Assembly (NCBI GenBank): GCA_963772455.1
Contig: CAVYXJ010000009.1
Coordinates: forward strand, 32,001-96,000
Direction: 5' to 3'
Length of the DNA stretch: 64,000 nucleotides
From: Candidatus Bathyarchaeota archaeon
GTDB lineage: Archaea; Thermoproteota; Bathyarchaeia; Bathyarchaeales; Bathycorpusculaceae
The notes below the pieces were generated by a model. That model was not told where the DNA came from. It worked only from the letters and a program-made list of their open reading frames with translations, and ran no database searches. The translations under genes were made by a program, and so were the position numbers. Shown piece after piece: positions 9,803 through 21,386 of this stretch (positions within the stretch are counted from its first letter, which is position 1; every line of letters begins with the position of its first letter).

Positions 9803-12406
9803 TTATTTATTTTTGAATATTAGTTGACCGTTTTTTTCTTCTACGATTATAGTTGTGTCCTTACTGATTTTTTCAGATAATATCATTTTTGAAAGTTCAT
9901 TCAAGATGTCTTTTTGAATTACTCGTTTTATTGGTCTGGCACCGAATTGGGGATCAAATCCAACGTTGGCAATGTGGTCGATAGCTTTCTTGGTGGCTGA
10001 TAGTTTAATGTTGTTTTTCTCCAGCATCTGCTCAACTTTCTTTAGTTGAAGCTCCACAATCTTTCGAACTTCCTCTTGAGTGAGGGGTTGAAACATTATT
10101 ATTTCGTCGACGCGGTTGAGAAATTCAGGTCTAATGCTCTTCTTGAGCAACTCAAAGACCTGCTCTTTAGTTTGGATTAAAATTTTCTCTCGGTTTTCAG
10201 AGTTAATTTTCTCAAGGTTCTCTTGGATGATGTGTGATCCTATGTTTGAAGTCATAATGATTATGGTGTTCTTGAAATCGACTGTTCGACCTTTATTGTC
10301 GGTAAGTCGACCGTCATCAAGAACTTGCAATAGAATGTTGAAAACGTCTGGGTGTGCTTTCTCGATTTCATCTAGTAAAACCACAGAGTAAGGTTTGCGT
10401 CTCACAGCTTCAGTTAATTGTCCGCTTTCTTCATAGCCAACATAGCCAGGCGGAGCACCTACCAGCCTGGAAACAGTATGCCTTTCCTGATACTCCGACA
10501 TATCGATCCGAATCATATTATTCTCGTTGTTGAAGAGAAACTCTGCTAATGCCTTGGCTAATTCAGTTTTTCCAACTCCAGTTGTACCCAAGAAAATAAA
10601 AGACCCAATTGGACGCTTAGGATCCTGCAAACCAGCACGACTCCGACGTAACGCATCCGAAACAGCTCGGATCGCCTCCTCTTGCCCAACAACTCTCATG
10701 TGAAGCTCACTTTCTATGTTTAGCAGCTTTTGCTTCTCGGTCTGTAACATACGACTAACAGGTATTCCAGTCCAGCTCGAGACAACTTCAGCAATTTCCT
10801 CTGCACCCACCTCTTCGTTTACCAACGCTGAATCCTTCTGCAACTCGGTTAATTTCTTCTTCAAACTCTCAATAGCTTTAGTCGCTTCGGGAATACCACC
10901 ATATCGAATCTCGGCAACCCGCCCAAGATTACCCCGACGGTTAGCATTCTCTTCTTCAAACTTTAACTTTTCAATCTCATTCTTCTTAGCTTGAATCTGA
11001 TCAACAATTTCCTTTTCCGAGTGCCACTTTGCACGCAAACTATTTCTTTGTTCGGTTAAATTTGCTATTTCCTCATTTAGCGACTTGAGCTTAACATCAT
11101 TCTTTTCATGTTTGATGGCTTCACGTTCAATCTCTAATTGCCGAATCTTCCGATCTACATCTTCAAGTTCCTGAGGTTGAGAATTGATTTCAAGTTCCAA
11201 CTTGGCAGCTGCTTCATCAATTAAATCAATTGCTTTATCGGGTAAGAAACGCTCTGTAATGTACCGCTGAGATAACTCAACAGCGGCAATTATTGCATCA
11301 TCCTTAATTCGAACATGATGAAACACTTCATAACGCTCTTTTAGTCCCCGCAGAATCGAGATAGCATCTAAAGCATCAGGCTCATTAACCATAACAGGCT
11401 GAAAACGCCTCTCCAAAGCCTTGTCTTTCTCAAAATACTTCTGATACTCCTTCAAAGTAGTCGCGCCAATAGCTCGCAACTCACCTCGCGCTAACGCTGG
11501 CTTAAGAATATTAGCAGCATCCATCGCACCCTCGCCTCCACCTGCCCCAACAAGCGTATGAATCTCATCGATGAAAATCAAGATTTCACCTTCCGCCCCA
11601 ACAACTTCCTTAATTACACTTTTAAGACGCTCCTCGAACTCCCCCTTGTACTTAGCACCTGCAATCAAAGCACCCATATCAAGAGAAAAAATCTGTTTTG
11701 ACTTCAAATTCTCAGGAACATCACCGTTGACTATGCGCTGCGCAAGACCTTCAGCAATAGCGGTTTTACCTACACCTGGCTCTCCGATCAAGAGAGGATT
11801 ATTCTTTGTCCTTCTAGATAAAATCTGAAGAACCCGCCTAATCTCAGCATCACGACCAATAACCGGATCTAATTTTCCAGCCTGAGCCCTACTATTTAGA
11901 TTAACAGCAAACTTGTTAAGAGCATTGTAAGTTTCCTCTGCAGTGGGCGAATTAACAGACGCTCCCTTACGCAACTGATCAATTGCAGACTTGAGGTCTT
12001 TTTCGTTAACTCCACTGCGTTTTAGCAACCGCGAAGCTGAATCATCTATCGACAATATTGCCAGCAATAACTGCTCCACAGAAACAAACTCATCTTTGGC
12101 AGCAGAAGCCAATTCTTGAGCTTTACGAAGAACCTTATTAGAATTCGAAGAAAGATACGGCTCACCTCCACTAACTTTAGGCAAATCATCAATTTCCCTA
12201 TCTAGCAAAGCAGAGAAAGAACTAAAATTAACCCCAAGTTTTCCAAACAAAAAAGGAACTACATTCTCATCAACAAGCAAGATTCCCTTCAACAAATGAA
12301 GCGGTTCAACTGCTTGATTGCCCCTTGCTGAGGCAATTTCTACTGCCTTTTGAATAGCTTCTTGAGATTTAACCGTAAAATTATCCAGACTCATACCACT
12401 CACCAA
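9803..12406 (-). CDS. clpB: ATP-dependent chaperone ClpB
   Basis: Clp N-domain; [10 protein letters not shown]; Walker A GEPGVGKT and GTTGVGKT; coiled-coil M domain; GAPPGYVGY; FGARP. Confidence 0.97.
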   Translation of the reverse strand: MVSGMSLDNFTVKSQEAIQKAVEIASARGNQAVEPLHLLKGILLVDENVVPFLFGKLGVNFSSFSALLDREIDDLPKVSGGEPYLSSNSNKVLRKAQELASAAKDEFVSVEQLLLAILSIDDSASRLLKRSGVNEKDLKSAIDQLRKGASVNSPTAEETYNALNKFAVNLNSRAQAGKLDPVIGRDAEIRRVLQILSRRTKNNPLLIGEPGVGKTAIAEGLAQRIVNGDVPENLKSKQIFSLDMGALIAGAKYKGEFEERLKSVIKEVVGAEGEILIFIDEIHTLVGAGGGEGAMDAANILKPALARGELRAIGATTLKEYQKYFEKDKALERRFQPVMVNEPDALDAISILRGLKERYEVFHHVRIKDDAIIAAVELSQRYITERFLPDKAIDLIDEAAAKLELEINSQPQELEDVDRKIRQLEIEREAIKHEKNDVKLKSLNEEIANLTEQRNSLRAKWHSEKEIVDQIQAKKNEIEKLKFEEENANRRGNLGRVAEIRYGGIPEATKAIESLKKKLTELQKDSALVNEEVGAEEIAEVVSSWTGIPVSRMLQTEKQKLLNIESELHMRVVGQEEAIRAVSDALRRSRAGLQDPKRPIGSFIFLGTTGVGKTELAKALAEFLFNNENNMIRIDMSEYQERHTVSRLVGAPPGYVGYEESGQLTEAVRRKPYSVVLLDEIEKAHPDVFNILLQVLDDGRLTDNKGRTVDFKNTIIIMTSNIGSHIIQENLEKINSENREKILIQTKEQVFELLKKSIRPEFLNRVDEIIMFQPLTQEEVRKIVELQLKKVEQMLEKNNIKLSATKKAIDHIANVGFDPQFGARPIKRVIQKDILNELSKMILSEKISKDTTIIVEEKNGQLIFKNK

Positions 12407-12612
12407 AATTCAAAGATAAAATGAACTATTTTCTACAAAACCTGAATGCTTTCTACGAAATAAACTTTTAGCAAAAAAAACTAAACAAATTGGTGGCTAT
12501 GACAACAACACTGCATCCACAAACAAACTTGTTTGTTAATGGGTTTATGGTTAGATTCTGAATTCATAAATCTAATAAAAGTAAAAGACCAACGAATTGT
12601 GTTGAATGTCAG

Positions 12613-13345
12613 TTGAAACGTAAGAATCGGATACTTTTCTTATTAATTGGATTATGTATTCTCTTTACAACAATAGGGTTATTTACCGCCTGGAATAGCG
12701 GTATGAATGTTGGTTTAATGGGAAATGCGGAACAGGCGATGATTACATCGGTCCGATTTGTCGAAGGCGCTCCAACCGGTGACACAGTAAAAGTAACAGT
12801 TCGAAACGCAGGCGCCAGCTCAGTGGCTATTCAACAAGGTTACGTGAATGGAAACAAAGCTACAAACATTAATTCAGAACAAGCTTTCGTAATTCCAAAA
12901 GCAACTTCATTAGAAATAACTTTGACATTTCCAAGACGGCACCTTAGTCTACTTAACTCAGCAACAAATCAAGATAACAACCGCCAAAGGAAACAACCTA
13001 GTTTACTCCTTAAATTATGATTCAACATGTACGTCAACTTATAATCCACTCGTTGATGATTTTGCTCCAACACCAAGACCACTTCAGGCTTATGAGTTGA
13101 ATCCCCCATTGCAATTAAGTTCATATCAAGCAATTGTTGTATTTACAACTTCAGCCATAGCTGCAATCTCTGTTACAGGCGCTTGCTTACTGGCAAATTA
13201 TGTACTTCATCCAAAAAATAGAAAAGAGCTCTTTGTGATGCTGTTTTTTGTAACCATAATTGTTGTGTTCACTCTAGTTGCAGTGGTATTTCCTATATTA
13301 TTTCCCCCACAAATCGCACTAATGCAACTGTTAATGTTTTTCTAA
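12613..13345 (+). CDS. Membrane protein with a pilin/Ig-like extracellular domain (frameshift near 12933)
   Basis: Removing one A in CCAAGAC gives a continuous frame FPDGTLVY...NPLVDDFAPTPRPLQAYELNPP joining ORF 13097-13345; N-terminal TM and two C-terminal TMs. Confidence 0.65.
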
Positions 13346-13428
13346 AAACAAATTGTTGACTTGAATTAGACGTTTCACGGTGCTTGCAAAGTCTTAAATG
13401 CCAATAACTAAGAGTAGAATCAAACTAT

Positions 13429-13983
13429 TTGGGGAAAAAACAAGTTTTGAAAATTAAAGGCATAGTCATATACGATACCTCGCACGGAAACACAAAGAAA
13501 ATCGCAGAAACAATCACAGAAACGTTAAAAGCAAATGAGATAGAAAGTGACCTCTTTGATATAAAAGAAATTAAAAAGTTAAACGCAAACGACTACAATT
13601 TTCTTGTTCTTGGCTCTCCAACTAAATTTGGCACAATGAGTTTTGCAATAAAATTTTTTTTAGGAAAAGTGAAAAGCGAGGAATGGGCGAATAAACCTTT
13701 CATAGCTTTCGATACAGAAAATCCTGAGAACGTTGAAAAATCACGTCTTGAAAAAAAGGAATGGAGTGCAGCCGAAAAGATTGCTATAAAACTCAAAGAA
13801 AAGAACATGCAGCAACTTCTGCCAGTTCATAAAGCCTTGGTCTTAGGATTAAAGGGACCTCTTGTAGAAGGCGAAATCGATCGGGCAAAAAGCTACGCAA
13901 AAGAAATTGCAACGAAATTAAACACCCAAAAAGCTGAGTCCTCACCAACAAGAAATATCACCACGGAAGAGCAAAATATCTAA
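13429..13983 (+). CDS. Flavodoxin domain-containing protein
   Basis: IYDTSHGNTKKIAE FMN-binding loop; LVLGSPT; AFDT. Confidence 0.9.
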   Translation: MGKKQVLKIKGIVIYDTSHGNTKKIAETITETLKANEIESDLFDIKEIKKLNANDYNFLVLGSPTKFGTMSFAIKFFLGKVKSEEWANKPFIAFDTENPENVEKSRLEKKEWSAAEKIAIKLKEKNMQQLLPVHKALVLGLKGPLVEGEIDRAKSYAKEIATKLNTQKAESSPTRNITTEEQNI

Positions 13984-14032
13984 AAAAAATTCATTTTCTG
14001 ACTACTTCGCTCAAAACGAACGTATAATAGTT

Positions 14033-14251
14033 TTGTCCTTGTTCTACGGATTCCTCTTCACATCAATCACCCTTCTTCTAACCACAATTCAAAACAGAGG
14101 CAGAATACATGGACAAACAGCAATTCTATTCCTCACCTTGGTCTTCTACTTCTCGCTCTACACACTCTTAGACGATCTTGAAATGTCCTTCCACTATATC
14201 AAAAATATTCCAATACTAACCCTGAAAATTAGACCCTTCCTCAGGAATTAA
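14033..14251 (+). CDS. Small hydrophobic protein or gene remnant
   Basis: 72-aa ORF with two hydrophobic segments; weak start. Confidence 0.3.
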   Translation: MSLFYGFLFTSITLLLTTIQNRGRIHGQTAILFLTLVFYFSLYTLLDDLEMSFHYIKNIPILTLKIRPFLRN

Positions 14252-14424
14252 CCAAAACTAATTAATCGTTTAAACGTAACAGCGTTCAGAGATTTCCAGA
14301 ACAAAAAAAACAAATCTTTTATGTTCTTTGTTTTTAATCGCGATATTCCAGATATTTTAAATATTGAAACAACTAACCATTTGCTCGTATACTTTGGTAT
14401 ACTATAATTATTGAAGGAAGAAAA

Positions 14425-17016
14425 ATGTCTAAAAAACAAACAACCTCAATTATTTTCGCAACAATATTCATCATATCAACCATAGCATCAATAATGCTAA
14501 TACCAGCAACCGAAGCACATTTGCCTGCATGGCAAATTCCAACATTTGCTTTCGTTCAACCCGTTATTAACCCAGTAGGCGTTGGACAAAATACATTCAT
14601 TTACATGTGGATTGACAAGACCTTTGGCACAGACACAGCACTAACAAACGACTGGAGATTCCACAACTACAAACTAACAATCACGGCTCCAGATGGAACA
14701 GTTGAAGTAAAAACTTTTGACGTAGTTTGGGATACAACATCTTCTCAAAGCTACTCCTTTGCACCTGATCAAGTCGGAACATATCAATTCTTGTTTGAGT
14801 TTCCAGGACAAAAATACACACAATACAGCTACAACCCCGCTTCAGCATTTGTTAACGACACTTACCTACCAAGCAGTGCAACAGCAACCTTAACCGTGCA
14901 ACAAGACCCAATATCCTACATACCAGATAATCCTCTACCAACCGAATATTGGAATAGACCAATTTACGGTGAAAACCCTAATTGGTGGACAATTTCATCA
15001 AACTGGTTTGGCAGCGGATCTACACAGTTAGCCAACTGGAGAAGCTATGTCCCTGATGGTGTAGGATCACAAACCTCACACGTTATGTGGATAAAGCAAA
15101 TTCAGTTGTCCGGAGGAGTCGTAGGAGGAGACACACTGGCAATCGAAGGAGACACTTTCTTTGAAGGAAGCGCCTACCTTAACCGATTCGTCAACCCAAT
15201 AATAATGGATGGAAAAATATTCTATAAAGAACCATTATCTTTCGGAAGCGGCGATGGCGGTCCAGAAAAATGTGTTGACCTGCGCACTGGAGAAGTTTAT
15301 TGGTCTCGCACAGACATGTTAAAACCATCTTTTGGCTACATATTTGCCGAACATAACCCACAGCAACACGGAGTAGTCGAACCTATGCTAATTGCAATCT
15401 CTGGGACAACATGGATAGGCTATGATGCAGACACAGGAAACTGGATTTTCAACTTAACTAGTGTTCCAACTGGAGGCAGAAGAATCGCTGGTCCAAACGG
15501 AGAATACCTACAATTATACATGAACAACATAGGCACCCCAACAAATCCCAACTATGTCCTAACCCAATGGAACTCAACACGATTCATACTTGACTATTCA
15601 GGAAATGCAATTAGACCCGTATGGACAGGCGTATTTAATGCAAGCGACGCAAAAGGCTACGACTGGAGTGCTCCAATATCTTGGCGCAACACAATGCCCA
15701 CTGCACCCACCATAATTGCAGCATACTATGGTGACTTAATGCTATGTTATAATGGCACTCTACCATCAAGCGGCTTTAGAACCAGCGTAATTAGCACTGC
15801 ACCATACACATACTTTGCAGTCAATCTAAACGCTTCCAAAGGCACAGTCGGCTCAATTTTGTGGATGAAGAACTTTGACCCAATAATTCAGAACATCACT
15901 GTCATACAAGGCGGCAACGACCCAGTACTTGGCGTATTCATTGAAAAACTAAAGGAAACCAACCAATGGGCAGCAATCAACATGAGAACAGGCGCAAGAA
16001 TGTGGGGACCAGTCGGTGATCAGCTAGCACTTGATTATTATGGCAACCCAGGACATGAACAAGTATATGCACATCTTGCTTATGGCAAAGTCTTCGCCAG
16101 TGGCTATTCAGGAGTAATCTACTGTTATGATGAATTAACAGGAAACCTACTCTGGACATATGGCAACGGCGGTGAAGGCAACAGCACAAACAGCGGATTT
16201 GCAGTACCCGGTCATTATCCAATCGCCATAAACGCAATTGGCAACGGAATAATCTACACCGTGACAACAGAACACACTATTCAAACCCCAATCTACAAAG
16301 GTTGCCGAGCAACTGCTCTTAATGCAACAGATGGAACCGAAATTTGGACAATTTCCGCAAACACAGCTGAATTCAATGAAATGGCATACGCAATAGCAGA
16401 CGGCTTCTCAGTGTTCTTCAATGGATACGACAATAGAATCTACAGCTTAGGAAGAGGACCAAGTGTTACCACCGTAACAGCTCCAAACCTAGCAGCAGCC
16501 TCTGGACAACGAGTAGTTATCCGCGGAACTGTACTAGACATTTCAGCCGGAACAAAACTTAACGAACAAAGCTCAAAACTTCCAAACGGCGTAGCATGCG
16601 CCTCTGAAGCAAGTATGACAAGCTGGATGCAATACGTTTACCAACAAAAACCTATGCCAACCGACTTCACAGGCGTCACAGTATCAATCGACGTTATAGA
16701 CTCTAATGGCAACTACCGAAACATTGGTTCTGCAACAACAGATGCAACTGGATCATACAGCATGTCATGGCTACCTGACATTTCAGGAGACTACACAGTC
16801 GTCGCTCGCTTTGCCGGCACAAACAGTTATTGGCCATCATACGCTGAAACAAGCTTCGCAGTCGACCCCGCACATCCAACAGAAGCACCAACAGCAACAC
16901 CAAACAACAGTTCACCAGCTGACTTATACTTCGTTCCAGCAGTCGCAGGCATCATTGTTGCAATCTTGTTAGTCGGCGTAATTCTAGCAATTCTTCTGCT
17001 AAGAAAACGACCATAA
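14425..17016 (+). CDS. PQQ-binding-like beta-propeller surface protein, paralog 2
   Basis: Signal peptide; NPVGVGQ; LPTEYWNRPI; TGxxxW repeats; GRGPSVTTVTAP; C-terminal TM and RKRP. Confidence 0.9.
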   Translation: MSKKQTTSIIFATIFIISTIASIMLIPATEAHLPAWQIPTFAFVQPVINPVGVGQNTFIYMWIDKTFGTDTALTNDWRFHNYKLTITAPDGTVEVKTFDVVWDTTSSQSYSFAPDQVGTYQFLFEFPGQKYTQYSYNPASAFVNDTYLPSSATATLTVQQDPISYIPDNPLPTEYWNRPIYGENPNWWTISSNWFGSGSTQLANWRSYVPDGVGSQTSHVMWIKQIQLSGGVVGGDTLAIEGDTFFEGSAYLNRFVNPIIMDGKIFYKEPLSFGSGDGGPEKCVDLRTGEVYWSRTDMLKPSFGYIFAEHNPQQHGVVEPMLIAISGTTWIGYDADTGNWIFNLTSVPTGGRRIAGPNGEYLQLYMNNIGTPTNPNYVLTQWNSTRFILDYSGNAIRPVWTGVFNASDAKGYDWSAPISWRNTMPTAPTIIAAYYGDLMLCYNGTLPSSGFRTSVISTAPYTYFAVNLNASKGTVGSILWMKNFDPIIQNITVIQGGNDPVLGVFIEKLKETNQWAAINMRTGARMWGPVGDQLALDYYGNPGHEQVYAHLAYGKVFASGYSGVIYCYDELTGNLLWTYGNGGEGNSTNSGFAVPGHYPIAINAIGNGIIYTVTTEHTIQTPIYKGCRATALNATDGTEIWTISANTAEFNEMAYAIADGFSVFFNGYDNRIYSLGRGPSVTTVTAPNLAAASGQRVVIRGTVLDISAGTKLNEQSSKLPNGVACASEASMTSWMQYVYQQKPMPTDFTGVTVSIDVIDSNGNYRNIGSATTDATGSYSMSWLPDISGDYTVVARFAGTNSYWPSYAETSFAVDPAHPTEAPTATPNNSSPADLYFVPAVAGIIVAILLVGVILAILLLRKRP

Positions 17017-17065
17017 ACAAGGCAAAAGTAAAAACAAACTTTCCCCTTTTTTGTTTTTCTTATTA
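17017..17065 (+). terminator. T-rich terminator after PQQ paralog 2
   Basis: AAAACAAACTTTCCCCTTTTTTGTTTTTCTT. Confidence 0.5.
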
Positions 17066-17208
17066 TATCAAAAGAGTTAATTCTCCAATGATTAAATTAT
17101 TGCCTTTTTTTCATTAAAAAAGCATTTTTATTCAGTTATTTTGGGGCAAATCTTATAAACAATTTAGCAAGACAAGGTAAGCTATAAAATTATGGAGATA
17201 AGAAAAAT

Positions 17209-19753
17209 TTGAAATTGAACAAAAATGGAATTATTTCAATAGCTCTACTTGCGATATTAGTGCTTCCAATTGCATTCATTGAAATACCAAAAACTAGCGC
17301 GGCAACATACACAAGCTATCCCTTCATCGGAGCAATGCCCAACCCAGTAGGCGTCGGGCAAACAGTACTACTTCACGTCGGCATGCTAACCGCACTCAAC
17401 AACGTAGTTGACGGTTGGCTTGGCTTGAAAGTTGAAATAGTAAGTCCTGACAACAAAACAACCCTACTTGACTGTCCGAAAACTGACTCAACAGGTGGAA
17501 CTGGTGTAGTATTCGTTCCAAACCAAGTTGGCAACTACACACTAACAACAATCTTCCCCCAACAGAACGCAACAAGCTCCGGCGTCTTTACCAACAACGT
17601 TTATAATGCAGCTAGAAGCGACTCAATCACACTGGTAGTTCAAGAAGAACCAGTCCAATACTATCCTGCCTTCCCAATGCCAACGGAATACTGGACACGC
17701 CCCATTGATGCCCAAATACGCGAATGGTATAGCATTGGTGGTCAATGGCTCAGAGCACCTGAAGGATTCTATACCCCATTCAATGATGCGCCATCAACAG
17801 CACACATTCTCTGGCAAAGACCACTCGGCGAAGACCAAGGCGGTCTAGTCGGCGGAATGGATCTAACGGACCAGAGGTACTTCCCAGAAGGCACTGACTC
17901 TTTTGAGAACGGCGACGCATACGAAGGCAGATGGCCCGTACAATTCATCATAGCAGGAATACTCTACTACTGCCCATTCGAAACTGGAATCCCTGACCAA
18001 CCAGTCGTAGCAATAGACCTACACACCGGCGAAGAATTATGGACTAAAGTCTTCATGAACAATCAAAGACCTTCATTTACTCAGTTAATCGATTGGAAAT
18101 GCTTTAACAACGACGGTGTTTTCATGTATCTTGGGTTCTCGACTTCCCTTAGCGGAGTAACAACTTTGTCCTTCTACGATGCATACTCTGGTAATTGGCG
18201 CTATAACATAACAAACGTACCCGGTGGCACTACAGCTTATGGACAACTAGGTGAACAATTAAGATACTCAATTGGCAACGTTGGCACTAGTTCTGCTCGT
18301 GTCTGGAACATGACTGTATGGAACAATACATATGTTGTTTCAGCAGGCAAGACAGGCATGGCTGAGAGCTGGGGTAGCCAAGTCAGAGGAGTCGTCTACA
18401 ATAGCACTACACGTCCAAACCACGGCTATAGCTTAAACGTAACATTACCTGAACTACAGGGCTCAAGCAATCCAAGCATACTCAAAGTCTTTCCAAACAA
18501 CCGCATCATCGGCGGCAGCGTCAATCAACAAAGAGTACACCTATGGGGCATAAACCTTAACAGTTCAACGGGCGCAATAGGTACACTACTATTCAACAAT
18601 ACATGGAATGCACCAAGCGTATGGGCTGACGGCAACATCACCGTAAGCGGCTTCTCAGGCGGATGGTGCGCATGGGGCGAAAAAGACAACGTCGCAGTCC
18701 TCTTCGGCAAAGAAAACCGAGTACACTACGGCTTCAGTCTTGAAACACGGCAACTTCCTATGGGAAACAGCACCTGAAAACTACTTAAACGCATGGGATG
18801 ACAGCCTAAACGTTGCAAGAATGATCGCCAACGGCAAATTCTACTCAACAAGCATCAGCGGAATAGTTAACTGCTATGACGTCACAGACGGCAAACTACT
18901 ATGGACCTACGCTGCAGAAGACCCATACACTGAAGAGCAATTCTCAAACAACTGGTGGCTACGCCCAATGTTTGTCACAGACGACTATGCATACTTTGGA
19001 CACCTTGAACACTCAGCAAACAACCCACGACCAAGAGGCGCACCGTTCATATGCTTAAACGCTACTTCAGGCGAGCTAGTCTTCAGAGCTGACGGTCTAT
19101 TCAGACAATCAAGATGGGGAGGACGCGCGATTATTGGAGATAGCATAATTGCAACACAAGACACATACAACCAGCAAGTATACGGCATCGGCAAGGGACC
19201 AAGCCAAACCACTGTTACAGCACCAGACCTTGGAGTACCATTTGGCTCATCTGTTGTCATCCGCGGTACAGTTACTGATGTTTCACCAGGAACTGAAGAC
19301 TACGGTATGCGAGCAAGATTCCCGAATGGAGTTCCAGCAATGTCAGACGCAAGCCAAAGCGAATGGATGACATACGTATACAAACAATTCACACGTCCAT
19401 CTACAGCAGTCGGCGTTGACGTAACCCTAAATGTTGTTGACGCAAACGGCAACTTCAGAGAAATTGGAACCACAACAACAGACACAAGCGGCACATATGC
19501 ACTAAACTGGAAACCAGATATCCCCGGCAAATACACAGTACTTGCTACCTTTGCAGGCACAGGCGCATTCTACGGATCTTACGACCAAACAGCAATAGTT
19601 GTTGACGAAGCCCCAGTAACACCATCACCTACACCAATAGCTGACACAACAACAGCAGCAGATCTATACTTACTACCAGGAATCGCCGCAATTATCATTG
19701 CAATCGCAGTAGTCGGTGCAATACTAGCGCTATTAGTAATAAAGAAAAAATAA
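17209..19753 (+). CDS. PQQ-binding-like beta-propeller surface protein, paralog 3 (frameshift near 18747)
   Basis: ORFs 17209-18777 and 18740-19753 join as SLETGNFLWE by removing one C; same motifs as paralogs; C-terminal TM and KKK. Confidence 0.88.
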
Positions 19754-19800
19754 ATAAACAAAAAACCAACAATCTTTCCTTTTTTATTTTTTTTATTCAT
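19754..19800 (+). terminator. T-rich terminator after PQQ paralog 3
   Basis: AAAAAACCAACAATCTTTCCTTTTTTATTTTTTTTATT. Confidence 0.5.
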
Positions 19801-20140
19801 TTCTGAGAGAAATTAGAGCTTATTAGGTTCTGGTTAAAATTCATAATAGTGGCCAATACCTTAATTCAATAACTCCTTTTTTTAAAAGTCCCAGAACCTT
19901 AGCAAATCGTTTCAATGTTTTTTGTTTAATACAAAACCCGCAGTCAAATTATGAAAAAACCATTCAGCCAATCAAAAACCCAAAATTATAAACTAAAATA
20001 CTGCAAATGATCCACATATTTCCGAAGAAAAATTTTCATTGAAATATCTGCAGGTTATCTTTTTGCGGATGTTAAAATTAAAAAAATTTTCTTAAGTAAA
20101 AAAAAACATCGTTCACAGTAGTTTTAGTTAGCTGATATGT

Positions 20141-20269
20141 TTATTGGCCATCTACTAGATGGGCTGTGCCATCTGGGCAGAATACTTTTTCGCCCATGGT
20201 AACTTTTGCAAAGCGACGTTTGCATTCGCTTAATTGTTTTTCGCATCCGTCACAATCGCGAGATAACAT
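20141..20269 (-). CDS. 42-aa Cys/His small protein, putative zinc finger (MLSRDCDGCEKQLSECKRRFAKVTMGEKVFCPDGTAHLVDGQ)
   Basis: Hand translation; CxxC...C...CPDGxxH; GGTGA upstream. Confidence 0.6.
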   Translation of the reverse strand: MLSRDCDGCEKQLSECKRRFAKVTMGEKVFCPDGTAHLVDGQ

Positions 20270-20504
20270 CTTTTCATTTCACCTATTTATGACAATTGTC
20301 ATAAGTGGCTTATACACATTTCTAAACAAAACAAGACATACCAACGTTAATAGATCAAAAAACCTTTTGATCAAAAAAGAGATTTTTTTAATTCTAATCG
20401 ACGTAATTCTCCATTTTCATAACGCATTTCGCAAACGATTTAGCAAGTCGATCCTCAGTCTGGAAATAGAGCGACCTTGATACCTTCAATAAATGAATCT
20501 AAAT

Positions 20505-20672
20505 TTAGCCTTTCAAAAGTTCATCCATTAACGTAAGTAAAAAATATCCTTGCTGTTTATCCAACTTAGTACAGGATAGACCATGAAATAAGTTGTAGAC
20601 TTCGACGCCATATTTCTCTTTAAGTTGTTTCACATTTTGTTCAATAATTTCAGTGCTGGAATTTTTACTCAT
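20505..20672 (-). CDS. 55-aa hypothetical protein (MSKNSSTEIIEQNVKQLKEKYGVEVYNLFHGLSC...)
   Basis: Hand translation; protein-like composition; purine-rich upstream sequence. Confidence 0.4.
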   Translation of the reverse strand: MSKNSSTEIIEQNVKQLKEKYGVEVYNLFHGLSCTKLDKQQGYFLLTLMDELLKG

Positions 20673-20716
20673 AGAAGTCCTTCACTTCTTCTAGTTTAAT
20701 CTATCAGATTTAAGAT

Positions 20717-21064
20717 TTATTGCCACCAGTGCTTCTTTGGTTCAACAAAGACAATTCTATCATCTCGCGTTAATTCGAAAACCTTACTTAAATTATATTT
20801 TTCAACTTTCGCTTCATAAGAACCCTCTGCAAGTTTAGCTATTACAATACCATTGTTATCAGTATTCATCGAGAACATCAATTTTTTAAAAGGAGAGCCA
20901 TTTTTGAGATTTTCAGTCCATTCCGAGACGGATATAGGCGTCTTTTCCAATCTGAAAACTTTGACGTTAACATTCGCAATTGGTTTATTTGCTTGAAAAT
21001 CAACCACATTTACAATAAGCGAGTTGATCTTTTCCAAAGCACCATCAATTTTTTGTGTTTCCAA
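20717..21064 (-). CDS. Hypothetical protein, carboxypeptidase-regulatory/prealbumin-like beta-sandwich
   Basis: LIVNVVD..NKPIANVNVKV...TDNNGIV...LAEGSYEAKV pattern. Confidence 0.6.
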   Translation of the reverse strand: METQKIDGALEKINSLIVNVVDFQANKPIANVNVKVFRLEKTPISVSEWTENLKNGSPFKKLMFSMNTDNNGIVIAKLAEGSYEAKVEKYNLSKVFELTRDDRIVFVEPKKHWWQ

Positions 21065-21386
21065 TTAGTAAACCTGAACAGTTCTATTCTGTAACTTGTT
21101 GATTTAAGATTTGTTAGTCTAAGTCCTTCTTTTTCCCGCACTAACAGCAGGCACTCTTGACGACAACTACTTTTTTTTCTTTTTTCTGTTTTTATTTTTC
21201 TTATTTAATTATGATGCGTCTTTTAGTAGCCTTAAGATATTTTTCATACAAGCTCTTATCATTTTCATTTCTAATATTTCTAAATCCTTTTCCTGTTCAT
21301 TTTCTATGTTCATTCAACGTAAATGTTTACCTTTACGTCCCGCTTCATTGACAGTTTTCCTCAGCCATTCAGAAGTTTGATTTGCT

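Noticed and set aside
10116-11828. Antisense ORFs inside clpB (also inside gltA, uvrAB, the PQQ genes and the giant protein)
   Set aside because: Shadow ORFs of strongly conserved genes
20166-20480. 104-aa plus-strand ORF
   Set aside because: Unprotein-like; overlaps the better-supported Cys/His microprotein on the minus strand
21157-21351. 64-aa hydrophobic ORF
   Set aside because: Arises from a T-rich intergenic tract; no SD or family features
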